A DNA stretch of 64,000 nt from an archaeon (lineage in GTDB: Archaea; Nanobdellota; Nanobdellia; Woesearchaeales; GW2011-AR15): NCBI GenBank assembly GCA_018671515.1, contig JABHHN010000062.1, forward strand, positions 13,746 through 77,745, given 5' to 3'. Positions 57,622 through 64,000 of the stretch are shown here, piece by piece (position 1 is the first letter of the stretch; each line of letters starts with the position of its first letter). The notes under the pieces are model-generated. The model ran no database searches and was not told the origin of the DNA. It saw only the letters and a program-made list of their open reading frames with translations. Position numbers and translations under genes: made by a program.

Positions 57622-57954
57622 TCAAACAATCTTCTGCTGTAATAAATCTTTGACATCTCCAGTATATTGATCAATTACTACAATAAACAATCCCTTCTTA
57701 GATTGTCCATCAACATTTGAATCTACAAATATCTCTACCTTCCAGAAATTATCTTCATTAAATATCCTTGTTATTTGATTATTTGCCTGATGCACCAAGA
57801 CATTTGCTGATTCACTATCTGTCCTTGCAGTAAACCGTACTTTCTCATTTACAAAGTCAATTGCAATTTTCTCTGCCTTGTCTCTTGTAATTTTTTCTTT
57901 ACATCCTGCAAGAACTATAATTAGTAATAATATTATATAAATTATTTTTTTCAT
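57622..57954 (-). CDS. Hypothetical small lipoprotein
   Basis: Signal peptide with lipobox LAGC. 110 aa. Confidence 0.45.
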   Translation of the reverse strand: MKKIIYIILLLIIVLAGCKEKITRDKAEKIAIDFVNEKVRFTARTDSESANVLVHQANNQITRIFNEDNFWKVEIFVDSNVDGQSKKGLFIVVIDQYTGDVKDLLQQKIV

Positions 57955-58230
57955 GTTAAAGTTTAATAAAATATATTGATTTAAATTGTTTTTGAAAAGA
58001 ATTTTATTTAATTAATAGTGATACGCTTTTCTACTTGCTGAATCACTATTCTTGCAAGCCAAAGGCTTGCTCTACACAAAAGAATTTTCTTGAAAAATTC
58101 TTTAAGTTAATGATGAAAATATTGCATAACTTTAGAAAAAGAATTCACAAATATACATCTAAAATTCATACTAATAAATGTTTTAAAAGATTTAGAAATA
58201 AAATAAAAATAAAAAAAATTAATTAAAAAC

Positions 58231-59625
58231 TTATGCTGGACAGTCTCCTATAAAGCAAGGTGCACTATTTACTGTAACTTTTACATCAACAGATACGCTT
58301 TCTCCTTCAGAATCTGTAGCTGTTACTGTTACTGTGTGCTCTCCTCCTTCTACTCCCCAAGCAATTTCTTTTGTACTTTCTTCCATCCATCCTGAATAAG
58401 ACAATGTAACTTCTCCTTCTGCATCTTCTGCTACAGGGCTTAATTCAATTGTTTTTGTCTCTCCTACTGGAATTGATACATATATATCTTCAAGTGCTTC
58501 TAATGTTGGTGCTGCATTTAATTTTTCAACCACAACTAAAACTTCCTGAGAAGCTTCAACTTCACCATCAGTTGCAATTACTTCAATTACGTATTCACCT
58601 GCATTTCCAACTTCAGTTTGCCATGATCCATCAGTAAATGGTTCTGAAAATGATACTTCAATTTCATCTCCATCTTCATCTTCTGTAACATACTCAATCA
58701 GAACTTCTTCTCCTTCAACAACATAGATTTTTCCATCTTCCATTCCTGAAATTTTAAGGGATGGTTTTCGGTTCATATTCTCAACTATTATTGTAACTTC
58801 TTTTGAAGCTTCAACTTTTCCATCTGTTGCTGTGATTGTTACTACATATTCACCTGCATCATCAAATGTTGTTTCATATGATTCACTATCCATCCATCCA
58901 GAAAATGATACTGCTACTTCATCATCATCTTCATCAGTTACTTCTGGCTCAAGGACAACTACATCTCCTTCATTAAATGTAAATTCATCAGCAATTTCAA
59001 TTACAGGAACTGCATTTTGTGGAAAAACTTTAATCATCACTACTTGTGATATTTCTTCTGTTCCATCACTTGCTGTGACTGTTACTTCATAATCACCAGC
59101 ATCACCTATTTCAGTTTGCCATGTTCCATCTTCTGCAATTGGTTCTGAATAAGTTAATGTTAATTCATCACCATCTGGATCGCTTGCTTCTGTTGCTAAC
59201 TCAACTAATTCTCCTTCGACAACAACAATGTCAGCAACACTTCCTTCCATCTCAATTTCTTCAACAACTTCTTCGACTTCAGTTTCTTCTTCAACAATTT
59301 CCACTTCAGTTTCCATATCTTCTTCTTCAGTTGCTTCTTCTTCGACTTCTTCTGTTTCCTCTTCGTGAGTCTCTTCTTCAGTTACTTCTTCTTCATGAGT
59401 CTCTTCTTCTCCTTCTTCAATCTCAATTAAAAGTGATTCATCTGTTTCTTCCTCTCCTTCAACAGGAGTCACTGCAGCATCTGGACAAGATATAACTGAT
59501 CCATCTGCACATACCAGAGTACTTGTACCTTCTGGATATGGTTGATATTGTACTGGTGTACATGCAGCAATAGCTGTAATCATAGCCAATGCTAAAATTA
59601 GAATAATATTATTTTTTTGATTCAT
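58231..59625 (-). CDS. Acidic cell-surface protein with four tandem Ig/cadherin-like repeats and a poly-Glu linker
   Basis: Start at MNQKNN (59625), preceded by GGAGGGG 6 nt upstream. Signal with lipobox-like AIAACT. An E/T-rich linker is followed by four ~95-aa repeats of the pattern V.EGE.V.L....DPDGDELT.SYS......W....G.AGEY.VTVTATDG. Confidence 0.55.
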   Translation of the reverse strand: MNQKNNIILILALAMITAIAACTPVQYQPYPEGTSTLVCADGSVISCPDAAVTPVEGEEETDESLLIEIEEGEEETHEEEVTEEETHEEETEEVEEEATEEEDMETEVEIVEEETEVEEVVEEIEMEGSVADIVVVEGELVELATEASDPDGDELTLTYSEPIAEDGTWQTEIGDAGDYEVTVTASDGTEEISQVVMIKVFPQNAVPVIEIADEFTFNEGDVVVLEPEVTDEDDDEVAVSFSGWMDSESYETTFDDAGEYVVTITATDGKVEASKEVTIIVENMNRKPSLKISGMEDGKIYVVEGEEVLIEYVTEDEDGDEIEVSFSEPFTDGSWQTEVGNAGEYVIEVIATDGEVEASQEVLVVVEKLNAAPTLEALEDIYVSIPVGETKTIELSPVAEDAEGEVTLSYSGWMEESTKEIAWGVEGGEHTVTVTATDSEGESVSVDVKVTVNSAPCFIGDCPA

Positions 59626-60147
59626 TATTTGCCCCTCCCAATCAAAATAATTTTGAAATCTTAATCTCAAAAATTATTTTGCCTCCATATTTATTTTTGA
59701 TTTAAACTCGCTAAATAAAATTTGTTGCTTTTTTAGCGTAACAACTATTTGTTAGTATTACCAAATAGAAACTCCTATTTATATCTTGTGGTTTTCTTAA
59801 TATTAAGAAAGCAAAAGTCAATTCACCCATAAAAAAGTAGATATGGAATTTACTATTAATCATTGCTTTCTTGATAGTAGAAAATGTATCTATAAAAAAA
59901 TAACAATCAACATTTTCTTAAATTTTATACAATCATCAAAGATAAATTTATATTCTAAAAGATTGTTCAAAATGATATGTCATTAATAGCAAAAACACAA
60001 ATAAAAGAAATCATTGGAGACTTTAGTCTATCCTCAGATTTCATCCCTGCACTTGATCAGGAAGTAAGACAAATAGTAAAAAAGGCAATACTTAGAGCAA
60101 AGAAGAATAATAGAAGAACTGTTATGGCAAGAGATATTTAATTAAAA

Positions 60148-60828
60148 TCAATAAATGTCTTCAATTTTTTTTGTCAAATTATCTATTGCATTCTTTAATT
60201 TAGAAAGTCTTTTTTTCTTATCCTTGTAAGCTTTTAATCTTTTGACCCTATTGTATTCATTTTTTATGAGTTCTAATTTTTCTTTTAGTGGATCAAGTCT
60301 CTCATCTAGAAATTTTCTATGTATTTTTTTTTCTAATTCTTCTTGTCTTTCTCTTTTTTTTTCAGAAGAGAGAGCTGCTAATCTCTCATCTTTATTTACC
60401 AATTGAGTAATCTGCTCTTTTTGCTGAACAATTGGTTTTTGAAATCCTAATTTTTCTTCAATCTTTTTTTCAAGTTCGTGTTTTCTCTCTATACCTGTAA
60501 ATATTTCAGAAGGAAAAACTTTCTCAATGTCTGTTTTTGATCTTTTTGGATTATGATTTTTAATCTGTGAAATGTTTTTTATTTCATCAATTATTTCTTG
60601 TTTTGATCTTAATTTTTTTTCTTTAAATATATCTGGTTTTATTCTTTGTTCAATATCATTTAATTTTATTGATAAAAGTCTATTTTTATCTTCTAAATCA
60701 TTAATTTTTGATTTTAATGTATTTTCCTGATGTGCTTTTACATGATATTTTCTAGAATTAATTGCTAAATATTTAAGAAGGTTTTTTGCATCCTGCATAT
60801 TTAATGAAGGTGTCACTTGCTGCTGCAT
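60148..60828 (-). CDS. Hypothetical coiled-coil protein
   Basis: 226 aa, K/E-rich heptad-like coiled coil throughout. Starts 1 nt after the upstream gene's stop. Confidence 0.4.
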   Translation of the reverse strand: MQQQVTPSLNMQDAKNLLKYLAINSRKYHVKAHQENTLKSKINDLEDKNRLLSIKLNDIEQRIKPDIFKEKKLRSKQEIIDEIKNISQIKNHNPKRSKTDIEKVFPSEIFTGIERKHELEKKIEEKLGFQKPIVQQKEQITQLVNKDERLAALSSEKKRERQEELEKKIHRKFLDERLDPLKEKLELIKNEYNRVKRLKAYKDKKKRLSKLKNAIDNLTKKIEDIY

Positions 60829-60829
60829 T

Positions 60830-61468
60830 TTATTTGAATTCTAATGGTCCTAATTTAAATCCTTTTTTTGCTTTTTTTGCTTCTTCGTGATGTTCTGGTG
60901 CTGGTGGTTTCTGTGTTGTAGGAAGTGGTTTTGGATTAAACATAGGTTTGGAATTATTTGTCATTGGAGGCATGCTAAAATTATCATGTTGAGGCGCCAT
61001 TGGTGTTGGTGCACTTGGAAATGATTGCATAGGAGGAACACTTGACATCCTTGGTGCTGAACCAAATGATAATGACTGTGGTGCCTGATTATGTTGTGGT
61101 GGAGGTGTTTGGTTTTCAGGAGGCATATTCAAATGCATTTTTTGCATATCTTGAACCATATCAGCTACAGCAACAATTCCTTTTGCTATCTTTTCATTCT
61201 GTTCAAGAAGTTTATCTATTTTGTCTGATAGAGGACCCATCTTATCTGACATAAGAACTGAATCATGTTCATCTAACTTCATATCATTATAAGCTTGATT
61301 AAATATTGTAAGTAAAGAATTCATTGAACTTGATAATCTATCCATTGAATTTGACATAACATCCTGGTTTGTTCCTTCACCAGATTTCAATTTTTTTATT
61401 TCTGTTTTTAATCTTTCAACTTCATTATGAGGTAGAATTTCATAATTTTCATCCATAATCATCACCAA
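60830..61468 (-). CDS. Hypothetical protein: N-terminal coiled coil plus Pro/Gln/Met-rich low-complexity tail
   Basis: 212 aa. ~110-aa helical N-domain, then PPENQTPPPQHNQAPQ...PMFNPKPLPTTQKPPAPEHH and a basic C-terminus KKAKKGFKLGPLEFK. Confidence 0.4.
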   Translation of the reverse strand: MVMIMDENYEILPHNEVERLKTEIKKLKSGEGTNQDVMSNSMDRLSSSMNSLLTIFNQAYNDMKLDEHDSVLMSDKMGPLSDKIDKLLEQNEKIAKGIVAVADMVQDMQKMHLNMPPENQTPPPQHNQAPQSLSFGSAPRMSSVPPMQSFPSAPTPMAPQHDNFSMPPMTNNSKPMFNPKPLPTTQKPPAPEHHEEAKKAKKGFKLGPLEFK

Positions 61469-61594
61469 TCTTTTATAGGCAGTATTAGTAGAATTAGATT
61501 TATTATGTTTAAATAGTTTACTGTTTTTTCAAACTATGTTATTCTTCTAAATTTTTTAATTTATGTGTTTTTATTTTTTCTTTCATGACGGCAG

Positions 61595-61665
61595 TCACAC
61601 TTTTTTTAAAAAAGTGTTAGTCGACGGTTTCCGTAAGAACACCCCTCCGTCGACCTGCGTCAAGA
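61595..61665. promoter_or_regulatory. GC-rich palindromic element between the thermosome 3' end and the coiled-coil operon start
   Basis: Inverted repeats acacttttttt/aaaaaagtgt and gtcgacgg-(19 nt)-ccgtcgac. Could be a terminator for ths and/or an operator for the downstream operon. Confidence 0.3.
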
Positions 61666-61727
61666 AAAAATAACATTTTGTAATGTTAATAATGATTAAA
61701 AGAAAAGAAATATTAAAAATAAAAAAG

Positions 61728-63359
61728 CTACATACCCATGCCATCAGCACCTGGTGGCATTTGAGGCATTCCGCCTTTATCTCCACCGCTTGCTGCAATG
61801 ACATCATCAATTCTTAATATCATTGTTGAGACTTCAGTTGCACTTGTTAGTGCTTGGGTTTTTATTTTAAGAGGTTCAATTACACCTTCTTTCCATGCGT
61901 CCATCACTTTTCCACTAAATACATTGATACCTGACCATAGATTTCCCTTATTATGTGAACTTTTAAGTTCAGTCAAAACATCAATTGGATCAAGTCCTGC
62001 ATTTTCTGCTAATGTTCTTGGAATTATTTCCATACTCTCAGCAAAAGCTTTTACTGCTAACTGTTCCCGTCCTGAAAGTGATTCTGCAAATCTTCTTAAT
62101 TGAATTGCAAGTTCAATTTCAGTTGAGCCTGCTCCTGCAACAACCTTTCCACTTTTTATACATGAGATAACAACACCAATTGAATCTTCAAGTGCTCTTT
62201 CTGCTTCATCAACTACATGTTCAGTTCCCCCTCTAAGAAGGATTGTTACTGCTTTTGGATTTTTACATCCTTTGATGAAAGTCATTTCTTCATCACCAAC
62301 TTTTGTTTCTTCTACTAGTTTAGCATAACCTAAATCATTTTCAGTTAGACTTTCAAGATTGCTTGCAACTTTTGCACCTGTTGCTTTAGCTAATCTTTCC
62401 ATATCACTTTTTTTTACTCTTCTTATTGCAAAAATTCCTTCTTTTGCAAAAAAATGCTGAGCTATCTCATCAATTCCTTTCTGGCACAATAAAACATTAG
62501 CACCAGTCTTGATTACTTTATCAACCATATTTCTAAGCATCTTTTCTTCCATATCAATAAAAGCCTGCATTTGATTAGGATCAGTTATCTGAATCTTTGC
62601 ATCTGTTTCAGTACTTTTTACTTCAATTGGTGAATCAACAAGTGCAATTTTTGCTTCTTTTACTGATTCAGGCATTCCTGAATGGACTCTTTCTTTATCA
62701 AGAACAATTCCTTGGATAATTTCAGTCTCTTCAATACTTTCTCCAACTTTTTTCTCAATTTTTATATCATCATGATCAATTAGAATTTTTCCATCTTTAT
62801 TTTCAGCAACTTGTTTTACAGCAGTCACTATTAATTTTGAAAGTTTTTCTCTTGAACTCTCAGCACCTTTACCTGTCATTGATGTTTGGGATGCTTTGAT
62901 TAATGTTTCTTCATCAGTTTCAGAAATTTCTATTGCCATTTTTTCAAGAATTTCTCTTGCTTTATCCATTGCCTGTCTGTATCCTTTGACAACAACAGTA
63001 GGATGAATATCCATATCAAGAAGTTCTTCTGCTCTTTTAAGAAGCTCACCAGCTAAAATTACTGCAGTGGTTGTTCCATCTCCTACTTCATTTTCCTGAG
63101 TCTTTGCAATCTCAACAATCATTTTTGCTGTTGGATGTTCTATTGACATTTCTTCAAGAATTGTAACACCATCATTTGTAACAACAATGTCACCCATAGA
63201 ATCTACTAACATCTTGTCCATTCCTTTTGGACCAAGAGTTGAACGAACTACTTCAGCAACTGCCTTTGCAGCCATAATATTATTTCTTTGTGCATTCCTT
63301 CCGGTATTTCTTTTTGTACCTTCAGGTAATATGTAAATTGGTTGAACTTCTTTACTCAT
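61728..63359 (-). CDS. ths: Thermosome subunit (group II chaperonin)
   Basis: The [12 protein letters not shown] signature, ATPase motifs (GDGTTT, the VxGGGA-type region), and a C-terminal GGM-like tail ([15 protein letters not shown]). Confidence 0.9.
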   Translation of the reverse strand: MSKEVQPIYILPEGTKRNTGRNAQRNNIMAAKAVAEVVRSTLGPKGMDKMLVDSMGDIVVTNDGVTILEEMSIEHPTAKMIVEIAKTQENEVGDGTTTAVILAGELLKRAEELLDMDIHPTVVVKGYRQAMDKAREILEKMAIEISETDEETLIKASQTSMTGKGAESSREKLSKLIVTAVKQVAENKDGKILIDHDDIKIEKKVGESIEETEIIQGIVLDKERVHSGMPESVKEAKIALVDSPIEVKSTETDAKIQITDPNQMQAFIDMEEKMLRNMVDKVIKTGANVLLCQKGIDEIAQHFFAKEGIFAIRRVKKSDMERLAKATGAKVASNLESLTENDLGYAKLVEETKVGDEEMTFIKGCKNPKAVTILLRGGTEHVVDEAERALEDSIGVVISCIKSGKVVAGAGSTEIELAIQLRRFAESLSGREQLAVKAFAESMEIIPRTLAENAGLDPIDVLTELKSSHNKGNLWSGINVFSGKVMDAWKEGVIEPLKIKTQALTSATEVSTMILRIDDVIAASGGDKGGMPQMPPGADGMGM

Positions 63360-63447
63360 GATAATTACCCCCGTCTATTAGTTTATAAATTAAAGTAGTA
63401 TTTTGAAATGACAGAGTATATAAATATGTTATGGTGAAAAAGAATAT

Positions 63448-63984
63448 TTATTGAACCCTAAGTCCAAACTTTTCAATCTGTCTCAATGTCCATTGATATA
63501 CCAACATATCCTTTCCAGAAATATGCAAGAACCATTCATGATATAATTTTGGGATTGCCAGTAATATCAATATCCACCAGGCATTCTTTTTTGTAAAACT
63601 AAATTTGGGAAAATGTTTTATCCTTATTGCAGTAAATAAATAAAAGTTTTCAAATATATTTGCAAATATAAAAAATATCCACCTGACTTTTGTTACTTCA
63701 AATATTATTGTTCCAATAATTCTCCAAATAAACAATCCTCTAATAATATTTTTGCTTAGAATATCAAACTTTCTACTTACAATAAATGCAAATATGAACA
63801 TCAACATATCTAATATTTTGTCTATTATATGATAATGCACACCAAATGTAGAATTAAATATCTCAAAAATCCATAGATCTGTTAAATCAAAAAATATAGA
63901 AAGCAAATATCCAAATACAGGAAATCTAAGTATCAATACAGCAGATATAACTCTTGTAAAAATTACTATCCATAATCCTAACAT
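63448..63984 (-). CDS. Hypothetical polytopic membrane protein
   Basis: 178 aa, ~5 TM helices, aromatic-rich. Confidence 0.4.
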   Translation of the reverse strand: MLGLWIVIFTRVISAVLILRFPVFGYLLSIFFDLTDLWIFEIFNSTFGVHYHIIDKILDMLMFIFAFIVSRKFDILSKNIIRGLFIWRIIGTIIFEVTKVRWIFFIFANIFENFYLFTAIRIKHFPKFSFTKKNAWWILILLAIPKLYHEWFLHISGKDMLVYQWTLRQIEKFGLRVQ

Positions 63985-64000
63985 AAAAAAAGAAATGTGT

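Noticed and set aside
61595-61810. 71-aa minus-strand ORF overlapping the thermosome 3' end
   Set aside because: Overlaps the ths C-terminus and spans the GC palindrome. It is better explained as a regulatory/terminator region.
1-64000. Search for CRISPR arrays, rRNA genes, IS transposases
   Set aside because: No regularly spaced direct repeats and no rRNA-like GC-rich blocks. No DDE/tyrosine-recombinase ORFs were recognised. The only mobile-element signals are the repeat-flanked insertion and the HNH gene.

Overview
AT-rich (~27% GC) archaeal chromosomal window with the hallmarks of a small-genome DPANN-type lineage. Core genes include SRP54, thermosome, archaeal AlaRS and SerRS, family II pyrophosphatase, apt, and an intron-containing tRNA-Gly. 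The Shine-Dalgarno motif GGTGA/GGAGG is used. About 65 genes are callable. Housekeeping genes are interspersed with accessory material. Accessory features of note: (1) a minus-strand surface locus at 6.1-13.6 kb with a 1709-aa Cys-rich giant protein plus two tandem membrane-anchored paralogs, one ending in an M15 (VanY-like) peptidase domain; (2) a 1.95-kb single-gene insertion flanked by 50-bp direct repeats that re-encode the C-terminus of the upstream gene with only synonymous differences; (3) two families of short hairpin-rich intergenic repeats, found in inverted orientation at distant loci; (4) a serC-serA operon extended by a ParB/sulfiredoxin-fold gene (SerK-like?) next to serS; (5) a truncated Hel308/Ski2-type helicase N-domain; (6) secreted Cys-rich proteins including a Kazal-like domain; (7) tandem orphan receiver domains next to an A24 prepilin peptidase; (8) a PIG-L deacetylase/GT4 glycosyltransferase overlapping pair. 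No CRISPR array or rRNA is present.
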